From: a virus
Length of the DNA: 64,000 nt
Virus record (IMG/VR): IMGVR_UViG_3300027749_000047
Coordinates: 32,001 to 96,000 of that record
Direction: 5' to 3' (one strand)
Shown here: positions 45,362 through 55,439 of the stretch, piece after piece
Layout of the letters: the number at the start of each line of letters is the position of its first letter
Position numbering within the stretch: the stretch's first letter is position 1
Notes under the pieces: model-generated
Told to the model about the DNA's origin: nothing
Database searches by the model: none
The model's input: only the letters and a program-made list of their open reading frames with translations
Translations under genes and position numbers: made by a program

Positions 45362-47970
45362 AACGGCCTCAAGCAAATATTACGTCTTTAACTGAGTCTG
45401 GTTATTGGCGTATCATTGTTGATCCTTTGCCTAAAACATCTGGAGATAAGTCTAAAAGGGATGTCACTGTGTTTCGTGGCGGGGCTACTACTGTTTCTAG
45501 TTTGTCTACTACAGACCCTTTTGGGCCTGCTACCGCTACTATTTCTTTCCCAGCTATTACTATTTTTGATTCGTTGGGTACTGGCGATTTGGATTGGTGT
45601 GTGCCTGAGGCAAATGTAGATATTATTTGGATGTCTCCTCAGTCAGCTGACGGCACTTCTGCTGGTACGCCTTTGTATTATTGGGAAGGTTACTTTCTCG
45701 CTTTTGAGTTTGGCGAAGATGATGCTGGCGGTACTTTGACTATTACATGTAATGGAGCGATGCGTCAGTTAGATAACTTTTTGGCTAAGCCTGAATATTT
45801 GACGCATCCTATTTCTTATGAGCAGGCTATCGCTCGCCAGTTTTATTATAGTCTGCATCCTTCAAGTCGCCTTCGAGAAATTAGTCCTCTTTCTGAAACT
45901 CTTGATGAGTTGGATTGGTGGGATACGGTATATAACGCTTCTGATTATGCTAATCTTTCTAACTTTTATCGTCCTGTAAGTATTAAAGATAAGACTCGTT
46001 GGACTGGTTTTTTAACTCGTTCTACTGGTAACTTTGAACCTGTTTTGACTACTTATATTCAGGGTTTGTTATCTACTATGCAAACATCTAGGGGCTGTTT
46101 TACTATTTTGTTAGGTAAGGATCGTAGACCTTATTTTAAACATCGTGACCGTTTACATGCGCCTTCTAACGAAACGCTAGTAATTGATTTGTTGTGGCCG
46201 GGTGTACAGGTTAGTGTGTCTCAGGATTATTCGCAGCGCCTAAATGTTGTTTATGGTAATGGGCAGTCTTTGTCGGGATATTCTTACTCTAACCTTAAAG
46301 TTTCTGCCGATGGGTCTAAAACTTATTACCAACCTTTTGCGGCTAGGCGCCAGGTTTATCCTTCTTTGGAAACAAACATTAATTTTGACCCTAATAAAAT
46401 GGCTAAAGAAGTTTCGTTGCAGTTCTTTAGTGGTTTAGATGCAGATGAGGCTGCTGCTGTGGCTAGAAAGCATTTGGAGATGTTTTCTGAGCCTGGTATT
46501 ACTGGGTCTTTGACTTTAAAAACTGACCCTCTTGTTAATGGTGTTTCTTATCCTCGTCAAATGATTACAGCTGGTATGTCTGTTCAGTTGGTAGGGCTTT
46601 TTGGCGACCCTAATGGTGTTGTTGTTCATATTACAGAAACGTCTTATTCTGAAGACGGAAGCGTTTCTATCACTTTTGATTCAAAGTTTCGTGATCAGTT
46701 GACTGTGCAAGAAGTACGTAAGCGCGGGCGTGATTCTATGGTGGTTAATAGAGTTTTGGGCGTTGGCCGTTATGCTCCGAGTATTCCGGATTTGTTGTTC
46801 CCGTGGACTTACGAAAAGCCAGTTTATTCAGGGTACATTCCGCAAGCGTCAGGGTTTATGTGGAATGCTGGCGTGAATTCTAATACTATTGCTAATGACG
46901 TTTCTTTCCCGTGGGCTGGTTTTACTAAAGCGTATCCACCAGGTAAGTCAGGGCATGAGTCTTTTTATGCCAAGATTGAGGGGCCTGCTAGTACAAATAA
47001 TGCTGACAGTAACTGGTCTGACCCTACGGTAGTTAATCTTGCGGTTACTGGGCAGGTTGTTGGTGCGCAGTTTGTTGCGGTCAAATCTGATGGTACACAG
47101 TACAAAGTGCCTTTTCATGTTTCTATTTGGTATCAAAATGTTGATGTTTTGACAGGTATGCCTATTTTGCCTACGGCAACTGGGGCGGATACTTTTTCTA
47201 AAACTATTACAGATCATGCTTTGGTGACTAGTACAGCAACTATTTCTGGCGGTATGTATACGATTACGTTTACTACTTCTAGGGCGCACAATCTAAACGT
47301 TGGCGATAATGTTTTTGTGATGGCTGACCCTGCGCCAACTATTGATGGGTTGTTGTCTCCAACTTATTACGTGGTCGATACTGTACCAAGTGCAACTAAA
47401 ATAACTGTCAAGGTAAGTTCTAGTGCTATTTCTGCTGCTGAGGCTAATACTTTGAAGTATGGTGATTCTACTTTTGCTAGGCAGTATGTAGGGCTTGCTA
47501 AATACATTATTGGTGTAAAAGATGCTGCTACTGGGTTTTCTTACCAGCCTGGTCAGTATTACCCGTTTTTTGAAGGTGCTTGGGAAAACAATAGAGCTGA
47601 TGGCACTATTATTCAGGACCCTAATGTTGTGGCTAAAACGCCTCCTATTGCTGCGTGGGGTACTCATTATCAAAAGGCTGGCTATTGGCCTGCTTCATCG
47701 CCCGGTCCGGAACGCGATGGAGTAACTGTTCCTACCGGCAGGCTGGTGGATGAAACGCCTTTTAGTTTTGACTTTAAGGGTACTTCTATTGTTAATGTCA
47801 GCCAGTATGAGGCTTTCAATCCTAAGTTGCCTGATGCTGCGCGTGTGGCAGCTTATGTGATGTTTTATTGTGATCAGGAATGGAGTGATTCTCAAGGTAA
47901 ACTTATTCCTAGAACTGAGGATGTCTATTTCTTGGGTCGCTTGTATCACCAACCACCGACGGGACAATAA
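45358..47970 (+). CDS. Large minor tail/baseplate hub protein
   Basis: 870 aa; PFGPATATISFP..WEG..LTITCNG; position in the tail module. Confidence 0.65.
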   Translation: MKRPQANITSLTESGYWRIIVDPLPKTSGDKSKRDVTVFRGGATTVSSLSTTDPFGPATATISFPAITIFDSLGTGDLDWCVPEANVDIIWMSPQSADGTSAGTPLYYWEGYFLAFEFGEDDAGGTLTITCNGAMRQLDNFLAKPEYLTHPISYEQAIARQFYYSLHPSSRLREISPLSETLDELDWWDTVYNASDYANLSNFYRPVSIKDKTRWTGFLTRSTGNFEPVLTTYIQGLLSTMQTSRGCFTILLGKDRRPYFKHRDRLHAPSNETLVIDLLWPGVQVSVSQDYSQRLNVVYGNGQSLSGYSYSNLKVSADGSKTYYQPFAARRQVYPSLETNINFDPNKMAKEVSLQFFSGLDADEAAAVARKHLEMFSEPGITGSLTLKTDPLVNGVSYPRQMITAGMSVQLVGLFGDPNGVVVHITETSYSEDGSVSITFDSKFRDQLTVQEVRKRGRDSMVVNRVLGVGRYAPSIPDLLFPWTYEKPVYSGYIPQASGFMWNAGVNSNTIANDVSFPWAGFTKAYPPGKSGHESFYAKIEGPASTNNADSNWSDPTVVNLAVTGQVVGAQFVAVKSDGTQYKVPFHVSIWYQNVDVLTGMPILPTATGADTFSKTITDHALVTSTATISGGMYTITFTTSRAHNLNVGDNVFVMADPAPTIDGLLSPTYYVVDTVPSATKITVKVSSSAISAAEANTLKYGDSTFARQYVGLAKYIIGVKDAATGFSYQPGQYYPFFEGAWENNRADGTIIQDPNVVAKTPPIAAWGTHYQKAGYWPASSPGPERDGVTVPTGRLVDETPFSFDFKGTSIVNVSQYEAFNPKLPDAARVAAYVMFYCDQEWSDSQGKLIPRTEDVYFLGRLYHQPPTGQ

Positions 47971-48347
47971 TGTTAGGTATTGCTACTAATGAAACATATA
48001 ACCGTTTTGTTGAACTTATTAAATCGCAAAACTGCTATATGTCGCTTCATTTTGACTATCCGTCTAATGTTGACCCTACTGCCACTGAGTTAACTTCTGG
48101 CGGGTACAAGCGTCAGCAAATCAGCTGGTCTACATCTACGATTTCTTTGGTTAACTCTAACCGTATTACTTTTAGTGGTTTAACGTCGTGCACGATTAAA
48201 TATGTGGGTATTTTTGATGATTTAACCGGCGGGTATCTTTTGTTTAAACTTCCGTTGACTGACCCTATTGTTATTATTAATTCTGGGGCTTATCAGGTTG
48301 CGCCTAATGATTTGTTTATCGCTTTTGGTTCATCTGGTGACGTCTAA
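47970..48347 (+). CDS. Minor tail protein, paralog of 43636..44046
   Basis: TELTSGGYKRQ..NSNRITF..VGIFDDLTGG. Confidence 0.7.
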   Translation: MLGIATNETYNRFVELIKSQNCYMSLHFDYPSNVDPTATELTSGGYKRQQISWSTSTISLVNSNRITFSGLTSCTIKYVGIFDDLTGGYLLFKLPLTDPIVIINSGAYQVAPNDLFIAFGSSGDV

Positions 48348-48385
48348 GTCTTGGTAGACTAAGACTATTGTTTTAAGGAGTTTAA

Positions 48386-48496
48386 GTGGCTGCCCATACC
48401 TATCCGATTACTATCAATCAGGGTTCTGAGTGGGCTTTTTCGTTTACTTATTCAACTAAATTGAAACTGGAAGGTCTGGTCCTGTCTAATGGCTAA
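48386..48496 (+). pseudogene. 36-aa truncated duplicate of the next gene's N-terminus
   Basis: AAGGAG RBS, GTG start: MAAHTYPITINQGSEWAFSFTYSTKLKLEGLVLSNG versus MANAHPYPIKIDQGGTWTLSLTY. Confidence 0.6.
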
Positions 48497-48836
48497 TGCG
48501 CATCCTTACCCAATTAAGATAGATCAAGGTGGTACCTGGACCCTATCTTTGACTTATAAAATTAACAGCACTCTGGTTAATTTGACTGGTTTTACAGCGT
48601 CAATGATGGTGCGTACAAATTACACAGATGACAATCCTTTGCTATCTTTAACTACTGCTAATGGCGGTATTGCTTTGGGAGGCACTGCTGGCACTATCAT
48701 AATTACTGCTTCGGCCATTAAGACTGCTGCTATTCCTGCTGGACAGGCTGTTTACGATTTGGAACTATATACAGGTAGTGAGGTTCGTAAGCTTCTGCGC
48801 GGTGATGTGACGATTGTGCCTGAGGTTACTCGATGA
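48489..48836 (+). CDS. Minor tail/baseplate (BppU-like) protein
   Basis: IDQGGTW..NLTGFTASMMVR..GTIIIT..YDLEL..LLRGDVTIVPEVTR. Confidence 0.7.
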   Translation: MANAHPYPIKIDQGGTWTLSLTYKINSTLVNLTGFTASMMVRTNYTDDNPLLSLTTANGGIALGGTAGTIIITASAIKTAAIPAGQAVYDLELYTGSEVRKLLRGDVTIVPEVTR

Positions 48837-49219
48837 GCGAAATTGTTGAAATTGGCAAGGATACGGTCAATTTGACGGTTGTTGATAATAATGTGTCCCT
48901 GAATGTCACTACATCGCAAATAACCCTTGAAACGGCTTCTGTGGGCCCTCAAGGGGTTGCTGGGGTTGCTGGACCAACTGGACCCGCAGGACCTACTGGA
49001 CCTGCCGGACCTACCGGACCTACAGGCGGCACTTTTACATACACACAGGGCAGCCCTGCGTCTACATGGACTATTACACACAATTTGGGTTATAGACCGC
49101 AAGTTAGTGTTATAGATTCCGCAAACAGTTTAGTTGAGGGCGACTTTGCTTATCCGACCGTTGATACAATGATATTAACTTTTTCATCTGCTTTTTCTGG
49201 TGTAGCATATTTATCTTAA
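48833..49219 (+). CDS. Collagen-like repeat tail fibre-associated protein
   Basis: GPQGVAGVAGPTGPAGPTGPAGPTGPTG; WTITHNLGYRP. Confidence 0.8.
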   Translation: MSEIVEIGKDTVNLTVVDNNVSLNVTTSQITLETASVGPQGVAGVAGPTGPAGPTGPAGPTGPTGGTFTYTQGSPASTWTITHNLGYRPQVSVIDSANSLVEGDFAYPTVDTMILTFSSAFSGVAYLS

Positions 49220-49233
49220 GGAGATAATGACTA

Positions 49234-50553
49234 ATGGCACGTAAATTTTTAACTAAAATTGATTTGAACGGAAATGAACTAACTAACTTTGCTGTTCAAA
49301 ACTTAGGTACCCTTCCGGGCTCTGCTGCATATGGTCAATTGGTCTTTTACACTTCTGACAACACCCTTAGATATAACACCAGCAGTGTGCTCGGTTCACC
49401 TAGCTGGCAGACCGTCAGCAATGGTGCTGGATCCTTTATTTTGGGTTCTACCACTATTAATTTGGGCTCAACCGCTGCAACTGTTAGTGGCCTTACACTT
49501 AGTACTTCTAGTGTTTGGAATGGTAACGCAATTGGCGTTGGTTATGGTGGTACTGGAACGTCTACTGGTTCTATTACAGGTACCGGCGCCCTTACTTTTA
49601 CAGCCGGCGGGACAAACACCAACATTAACTTAGTACCCCTTGGTACGGGATCTGTAGATGTTGCTAGCAAAAAAATTACAAGTGTTGCGGACCCTACTCT
49701 TGCTCAAGATGCTGCTACTAAAGCTTACGTAGATACTCAGGTTGGTACTGTTGCTAGTGGTCTAAATGCCCATGATGCTGTGGCGTACGCTACAACTGGC
49801 GCTCTAGGTACTACAGGTAACCTTGTTGGTGGAACTATTACCACTACCCATACCACCCCATTTCTTACGCTAACTATTGCTACTTCAACTAACTGGACCT
49901 CTATTACAATTGACGGTCAGTCTCTAACCGTTGGCGATCGTGTTCTTATCAAGAATCAAGCTACTACTTCGCAAAATGGTATCTACACAGTAACTTCCGT
50001 TGGTGCTATCGGCAACACAACCTCGTTTGTATTTACTCGTGCAGCCGATGCTGATACTGTTGGTGAACTTAGTGCAGGCGATTTCTGTTACGTTCTTAAC
50101 GGCACTACCAACGGTCGTTTTACGTATGTTGAAACAGCAACCGTTTCTACTCTTGGATCTAGCGCAATTACTTACTCGGTTTTGTCTAATGGTAACTTGA
50201 CCAGTATTGTTACTGCAGCGCAGGGCGGTACTGGCGCTAGCAACACTGCTACGCTAAATAACTTCCTTGTTGGTGATGGCACTAACTTTGTTGCTACTAA
50301 CCCTGCTAGTGCAAGAGCTGCTCTTAGTGTTTCTGGTAAATACTCTGGTTCAGTATCTTTTAGTGCAGCTACTACTGCAACAGTTACACATGGTCTTGGA
50401 ACATCTGCACTTATTGTTCAAGTATACGATAACGGTTCTCCGGCAAACTTAGTTGATTTTGATGTAAGTATTGCTGCTGCTTCGCCGTACACTATTACTT
50501 TAACTTCAGCAACAACAATCACGGGTACGTATTCTGTTGTTGTTATTGGCTAG
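49234..50553 (+). CDS. Tail fibre-like protein
   Basis: Thr/Gly-rich; DAATKAYVD; VLIKNQ..QNGIY; THGLGT C-terminal domain. Confidence 0.7.
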   Translation: MARKFLTKIDLNGNELTNFAVQNLGTLPGSAAYGQLVFYTSDNTLRYNTSSVLGSPSWQTVSNGAGSFILGSTTINLGSTAATVSGLTLSTSSVWNGNAIGVGYGGTGTSTGSITGTGALTFTAGGTNTNINLVPLGTGSVDVASKKITSVADPTLAQDAATKAYVDTQVGTVASGLNAHDAVAYATTGALGTTGNLVGGTITTTHTTPFLTLTIATSTNWTSITIDGQSLTVGDRVLIKNQATTSQNGIYTVTSVGAIGNTTSFVFTRAADADTVGELSAGDFCYVLNGTTNGRFTYVETATVSTLGSSAITYSVLSNGNLTSIVTAAQGGTGASNTATLNNFLVGDGTNFVATNPASARAALSVSGKYSGSVSFSAATTATVTHGLGTSALIVQVYDNGSPANLVDFDVSIAAASPYTITLTSATTITGTYSVVVIG

Positions 50554-50565
50554 TAGGGGTTTGTA

Positions 50566-51744
50566 ATGTCTAGGGTATTTAAAACAAATATCAGTGCACC
50601 AAATATTATTGCAACTAATACGGTGTATGGTGCTGCGGTGGATGTTACTACTATAAGCTCAGGTTCATTAAATGTTCGTACAGATGGTGCAATAACTCTT
50701 ACCTCAAGTACGGGTCAGCCTATGAGTGTAGATGCATCAACGGGCATAATTCAGGCTGCCACAAGTGTGATTGCAAATCTTGGTAATGTTGATGCTTGGG
50801 ATAATTCCTCAACACTGCCATCAGTAACAACAGGTTATGGAAATGTTAGGGCTATCAACCAAATTATTACCAGTAGTACTGCTTCAAATTCTATTAAAAC
50901 TTCTGGTGGAATTGTTACTGGAGGTAGCCTTAATATAACTTCTAGTGCCATACCTTTAACCGTTACTACAACTGCTGGAGCAAGTTTTACGGGTGGATAT
51001 TTAGCTACTTTTAGTAATCCTTTTGATCAAACTACTAATTTAGTTACTATTGACTCTGCGGGGAATATAAATACACAAGCTGGTTTAACTGCTGGCCCTA
51101 TACAGTGCAATGGTACATTCACTCTTCCAGCAACCGGAACCCCCGGTTCAGGAGGTTACTCTGCAGGCTCTATTGGATTTGACTCCGCTAGTAATAAATT
51201 TTATGGAACTACAACTACAACTAGTGGTAGAGGGCTTATTCCATCTATTCAAAAGCAAGTTCTTGCTGGAAATAGCTCCGCCGCTACCACTAATACTTTA
51301 GTTAACGTATTTCCAACTACCCCTGGATTACCTATTGAAGCGGCTAAACTTTATTACTTTAAGGCAACCTATCATTTTAATACCACTTGGACTTCAGGAA
51401 CGGCGGTTGCTAACGTAGCTTTCACGTTTGCTAATGCCCCAGTAGCAATTAAGTACACCATAAAAACTTACAATGCCACTACTGCAAACTCGGCTTTAGA
51501 ATACAATGCCGTGCGTACTACCGCAGCGGCCTCTCAAGCAACTGCTGCTTTTACAGCCTCTAGGAACTCAACGGCTGAAATTGAAGGTTACTTTACATCC
51601 AATGCGACAACGGGTGGAACTATGACTCCTCAATTTAGTATGTCAACCACAGGATCATCCACAGTAGTTTCACAGTTTTCTACTTTTGAGATTCAAAAAA
51701 TAGGTACTACAGGTACTCAAAATATTGCTGGTGCATGGGCATAA
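50566..51744 (+). CDS. Tail fibre/receptor-binding-like protein
   Basis: Thr/Ser-rich beta repeats; last large gene of the tail module. Confidence 0.65.
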   Translation: MSRVFKTNISAPNIIATNTVYGAAVDVTTISSGSLNVRTDGAITLTSSTGQPMSVDASTGIIQAATSVIANLGNVDAWDNSSTLPSVTTGYGNVRAINQIITSSTASNSIKTSGGIVTGGSLNITSSAIPLTVTTTAGASFTGGYLATFSNPFDQTTNLVTIDSAGNINTQAGLTAGPIQCNGTFTLPATGTPGSGGYSAGSIGFDSASNKFYGTTTTTSGRGLIPSIQKQVLAGNSSAATTNTLVNVFPTTPGLPIEAAKLYYFKATYHFNTTWTSGTAVANVAFTFANAPVAIKYTIKTYNATTANSALEYNAVRTTAAASQATAAFTASRNSTAEIEGYFTSNATTGGTMTPQFSMSTTGSSTVVSQFSTFEIQKIGTTGTQNIAGAWA

Positions 51745-51816
51745 TAATAGTTTAATTAACAAGTTGTCATAACATATATGCTAGTATTTCCTTGACCATC
51801 TAACTAGGAGTAAAAC

Positions 51817-52044
51817 ATGGCCATCGATTACGACGCTCTGCTATCTGCTGAGCAAAAGCAAACAATCATTGAGAACCGTATTCAGCAGTTTGCTGCCGAT
51901 ATGTTTCAAACTGAACTAAATCGTGAGATTCATGTACGCGCAGGTAATGAAGATGCTATTACTGGTTCTGACGAATCTATTGCATTTTTGAAGATTGCTA
52001 TTGATGTTCATCAGGAAGAATTGGCTAAAATTTCTGCCGAGTGA
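51817..52044 (+). CDS. Small coiled-coil protein (possible fibre chaperone)
   Basis: RBS AGGAG; last gene before the terminator. Confidence 0.65.
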   Translation: MAIDYDALLSAEQKQTIIENRIQQFAADMFQTELNREIHVRAGNEDAITGSDESIAFLKIAIDVHQEELAKISAE

Positions 52045-52059
52045 CCTGTTTTTGGGCAT

Positions 52060-52108
52060 AAAAAAAAGACCAAATGGGGCGCCCCCGAAGGGGTGCCCCA
52101 TTGGCTTT
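52060..52108. terminator. Bidirectional intrinsic terminator between convergent arms
   Basis: A-tract, then CCAAATGGGGCGCCCC-CGAA-GGGGTGCCCCATTGG, then CTTT. Confidence 0.85.
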
Positions 52109-52450
52109 ATACATTGACGTAATGCATAACGCACACACCAAATAAAACACGACTAAGGAAAATGTCTCATTGGTTTTATGCATTAGCGTAATGTAGTTGC
52201 ACATGTTGCGTCCGGTTTTTACCTTGCACTGTCTACCACACAAGGCTTGGTATGTGCATGCACGCAGGCCTCTGTCTATTTGCATATCAGCGAGGGGCCA
52301 CTCACGTCAATGTCTTTCGGGTATTGCTACGTGCGTCGTGCGGGCGATACATCAAATAAATAGTCAGTCGACCTTAAACTACTGCCAGAACAACAGTAAG
52401 CATAGGCAGGTTGACGTTTGCTCCCTGGAAAGGAGTCAGACGCACTTTAC

Positions 52451-52810
52451 TTAAGGTATCGTAACTGCGGGAGCAGTCATCTTGGGGGGTAGACCCAAGT
52501 CTTTTCCAACAGGATCACCAATGTACAGGTCATTTTCTGTCATTCGTGTCGGTGGACGTTGTGCTGCTGGCGCACCGTTTGGCACACCAGCTTTTGCTGG
52601 AACAGGTACGGTCAAGGGTCCTTGACCTACGTGACCTTCAGCAAACCAGATTGCTACTTGCCGTACTGAATCAAATACGGTCAAGACGCGAGTGAGGATT
52701 CCTGAGAGGTTTCCAAACTGGTTGAGTCGGTCAAGGTTTCTTGCTCCGTTAGTCTTTGCCCAGGAGAATCCAAAAATGGAGACTGCTGTTGCCACAATAA
52801 GTAAGCCCAT
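52451..52810 (-). CDS. Membrane-anchored hypothetical protein
   Basis: N-terminal hydrophobic helix; RBS AAGGA. Confidence 0.6.
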   Translation of the reverse strand: MGLLIVATAVSIFGFSWAKTNGARNLDRLNQFGNLSGILTRVLTVFDSVRQVAIWFAEGHVGQGPLTVPVPAKAGVPNGAPAAQRPPTRMTENDLYIGDPVGKDLGLPPKMTAPAVTIP

Positions 52811-53661
52811 CGGTTACTTCCTTCATCTTGTAAGTCGTACACAGTTTGCCATCCTCTGTAAAAAGCATCTTGTGCTATTGACCAGATTTTGGCTGAGGTT
52901 TCAGATAGATGTTCTTCGATAACTGGTGGGTTAACATAGATTTCTTCTATCAATTGTTGTGCGTGATCTCGTGCATCGCAGTCACAGTCTTGCCTGTAAT
53001 CTTTAGCATGCGAGCACTCATCGGTGCATTCTACGAGTTCTAGTGAGCACCAACAGTCGTTAAATCCTTCTAGCTTTTTCACAATTTCTGGGCTATTAAT
53101 TTCGGATTTAAAGATGCGGTAATACTCTTCTTTAAGAGGCATTACGGTCCAGATAGGAACAACACCTACAATATGAAACTTATTGTTTTCGTTTCCGACA
53201 ACAATTTCGTTACCGTTTACTTCGTAATCAAAACGGTCAGCGTTAGATTCATACTGTAGGTTGTCTATAGCCCACCGGTGATTTTCAAGCGGGCTATAGA
53301 CTCGTTGGATTCCTACGCAAGGGTAATCAATGTCAAAGAAATCAACTAGTTGCTGGTATGGCATGTTAGTTGATGGGTCAATGATTGAGCACCATTGCAC
53401 TGCTGTTGGGTACAGGTAGGGCTGTCGCTGTTGTGTACAAACGCAGTTGTAAGCCATGCTGTGGTAATACCCGACGCAATTGTTGCATTCAAATATTTGT
53501 CCAGCGTGTATTCCAACACCGGATTCAGCACCGCTAAGTAGTGAATACCAGTTTGTTTTGTCACCGGAAAGCCAGCGTTCATAGCCCGCTTTCCATTCAG
53601 CGATAAAAGGTGAATAAAAGGTATCTAACGTTGGCCTTTCATCACCTCTCATGCCCCACAT
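52681..53661 (-). CDS. Cys-rich hypothetical protein
   Basis: CNNC..CVC and CWC..CTDEC..CDC clusters; no family recognised. Confidence 0.65.
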   Translation of the reverse strand: MWGMRGDERPTLDTFYSPFIAEWKAGYERWLSGDKTNWYSLLSGAESGVGIHAGQIFECNNCVGYYHSMAYNCVCTQQRQPYLYPTAVQWCSIIDPSTNMPYQQLVDFFDIDYPCVGIQRVYSPLENHRWAIDNLQYESNADRFDYEVNGNEIVVGNENNKFHIVGVVPIWTVMPLKEEYYRIFKSEINSPEIVKKLEGFNDCWCSLELVECTDECSHAKDYRQDCDCDARDHAQQLIEEIYVNPPVIEEHLSETSAKIWSIAQDAFYRGWQTVYDLQDEGSNRWAYLLWQQQSPFLDSPGQRLTEQETLTDSTSLETSQESSLAS

Positions 53662-53663
53662 GG

Positions 53664-54641
53664 TTACTTACGCTTTTTGTTCGGGTTGCTCTTAGGGTAG
53701 CTGTTACGCTGTCCCGGCTTGACGTTTGGGAAGTCTTTAGCCAGCGAACGTTCAGTGTCTGCTACTTCTTGAGCAACTGCTGCATTAGCAACCATTTCTG
53801 CTTGCTCTAGAGTGATGTCACCCTCAACTTCTACAGTGGCAATGTTTGACACAATGTCAATTACCGTTGCGCTTGCTGTAATCTTGTCGATGTTTTCGCT
53901 GATTACTTCTGCTACGATTTCGTCACGCTTGTAGAACAGGGTAAATGCTGCGCTAGCCATTGCTACGGAAACAATGAATAGGACGGTTGCGACTCCGCCT
54001 GATAGTGCTGCGGCGATGAAATTTCCGACGAACGGAAGGCTTGAAACAAACGATACAACAGCGCCGTTTAGTAGAGCGTTAACAGCTAGTCCTGCGCCAA
54101 CTGTTACAGATGCAAAAGTTGTTGAGCGGATAGTGATTGGGTTGTTGAAAGCGTGCTTCATGATTGTTCCGAGACCTGAAAGGTTACGGTATGCAAAGTT
54201 AGCAGCGTTGTAACGCATTTCAGTGAATGTAGCGTTTGCATCATGCACAAAATCACCAGTAGGTGCGTGTACACTCTTTACCAAACTGCCGAGCAATGCA
54301 CCGACCTTATCAATGCTGTTGTGCGTGATAATCGCGACTGTAGTGATGGTATTTGTTACAAAAGAAATCACTGACTGTACGATTCCTGTTAGTGTCAAAT
54401 ACCCTTGCTTAGTTGCAGTTAAACTAGCAACTAGTGATCCACTAACACCTGCTGGCATGGATGACCATACGCGCTTTGCAAAGTTAAGGCCTGTTGTCGT
54501 GATGCCTTTTGTTGATGATGTTAGCTTGATTGCTAGTGCCTTAAGGAAGGCTAGCTGGTTAGTCGCTTTGGACTGTACTTTAACTAGGACTGACTTGTAG
54601 TCCAAGCCTGCGCCTACTGGCGCTGCTGATGATGCAGACAT
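53664..54641 (-). CDS. Multi-pass membrane protein
   Basis: Long Ala/Thr-rich helices and 2-3 TM segments; acidic then basic C-terminus. Confidence 0.7.
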   Translation of the reverse strand: MSASSAAPVGAGLDYKSVLVKVQSKATNQLAFLKALAIKLTSSTKGITTTGLNFAKRVWSSMPAGVSGSLVASLTATKQGYLTLTGIVQSVISFVTNTITTVAIITHNSIDKVGALLGSLVKSVHAPTGDFVHDANATFTEMRYNAANFAYRNLSGLGTIMKHAFNNPITIRSTTFASVTVGAGLAVNALLNGAVVSFVSSLPFVGNFIAAALSGGVATVLFIVSVAMASAAFTLFYKRDEIVAEVISENIDKITASATVIDIVSNIATVEVEGDITLEQAEMVANAAVAQEVADTERSLAKDFPNVKPGQRNSYPKSNPNKKRK

Positions 54642-54715
54642 GTCTACACCCTTTCTTTGTGTGTAATTCACTTTTAGTGAATGGGTAAGGTACTTCTGTT
54701 TCCCTAACTCCCCTA

Positions 54716-54745
54716 GATGCTCAACCAGATAAGTGGCTGAGCATC
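54716..54745 (-). terminator. 12-bp hairpin after the XRE gene
   Basis: Minus RNA GAUGCUCAGCCA/UGGUUGAGCAUC with one G.U pair. Confidence 0.55.
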
Positions 54746-54760
54746 GTAGGCAATCAGAGG

Positions 54761-55003
54761 TTAAAGTGCTTCACCTGGGCTGATTACTTCAAGGGCGCGA
54801 AGTAGCGTATTGATTTCTACGCCTAGCGCTTCGCACAGCGGGGGAAGAATGTCGATACTTGGCCTGGTTTCAAATGTGAAGTAACGGTACAAGTTACCTC
54901 GGTTGATACCAACGGCTACTGCGACTTCTTGCAGAGACTTATACTCAAGCTCTTTCATTCGTTCGCGTAGCCATTTCATTCCGGTTGGTTGTTTCTTAGC
55001 CAT
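54761..55003 (-). CDS. XRE-family HTH transcriptional regulator
   Basis: WLRERMKEL..SLQEVAVAVGINRGNLYRY..PSIDILPPLCEALGV. Confidence 0.88.
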   Translation of the reverse strand: MAKKQPTGMKWLRERMKELEYKSLQEVAVAVGINRGNLYRYFTFETRPSIDILPPLCEALGVEINTLLRALEVISPGEAL

Positions 55004-55391
55004 GGTGTACTAGCTCCTTTTCTTCTGCGCATTCGATGCAACCGCAGTCGCTGCACATTTTGTCGTATTCGTTAAAGATGTGACTGAGTGTTGCTGATGT
55101 TAGGTTGCAGTTACGGTCAATGACTTTTGCTGCTTGGGTAGTTGTTTGTGCGAGTGCGTCTACAATTTCGCCGTCGATTGAATTCATGATGCTTGACGCT
55201 TGTGACGCTGCAACATCTGGCGGTAGATAGTTCTCTAGGTGGCGTGTGATTGTGGTCTCGATAGCACCTAGTAGTTCACGACCAAAGATAGTTTTAGCTT
55301 GGTCGTTAAAGTGGTCAATCATGATACTGCGTGTTACTTCGTTTTTTTCATACTCGCGCTTGAGTATTGCTTTTTGTATTTGCTTGCACAT
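54996..55391 (-). CDS. Hypothetical helical protein
   Basis: GGAG RBS before ATG 55391; C-terminal CSDCGCIEC. Confidence 0.65.
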   Translation of the reverse strand: MCKQIQKAILKREYEKNEVTRSIMIDHFNDQAKTIFGRELLGAIETTITRHLENYLPPDVAASQASSIMNSIDGEIVDALAQTTTQAAKVIDRNCNLTSATLSHIFNEYDKMCSDCGCIECAEEKELVHHG

Positions 55392-55407
55392 GTTTACTCC
55401 AGACATG

Positions 55408-55439
55408 AAAAAAGCCCCGACGCTGTTTGCGTCAGAGCT
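55408..55439 (-). terminator. Intrinsic terminator at the end of a structured leader
   Basis: Minus RNA AGCUCUGACGC-AAACA-GCGUCGGGGCU followed by UUUUU. Confidence 0.8.

Noticed and set aside
48345-48370. TAAGTCT...TAGACTAAG similarity to the 9597-9632 hairpin as a repeated operator
   Set aside because: Only two short matches with different spacing; could be chance.
52120-52450. Gene or ncRNA in the gap after the central terminator
   Set aside because: The candidate ORFs (52025..52285, 52197..52454) have no convincing RBS or motif, and I could not find a consistent structure.
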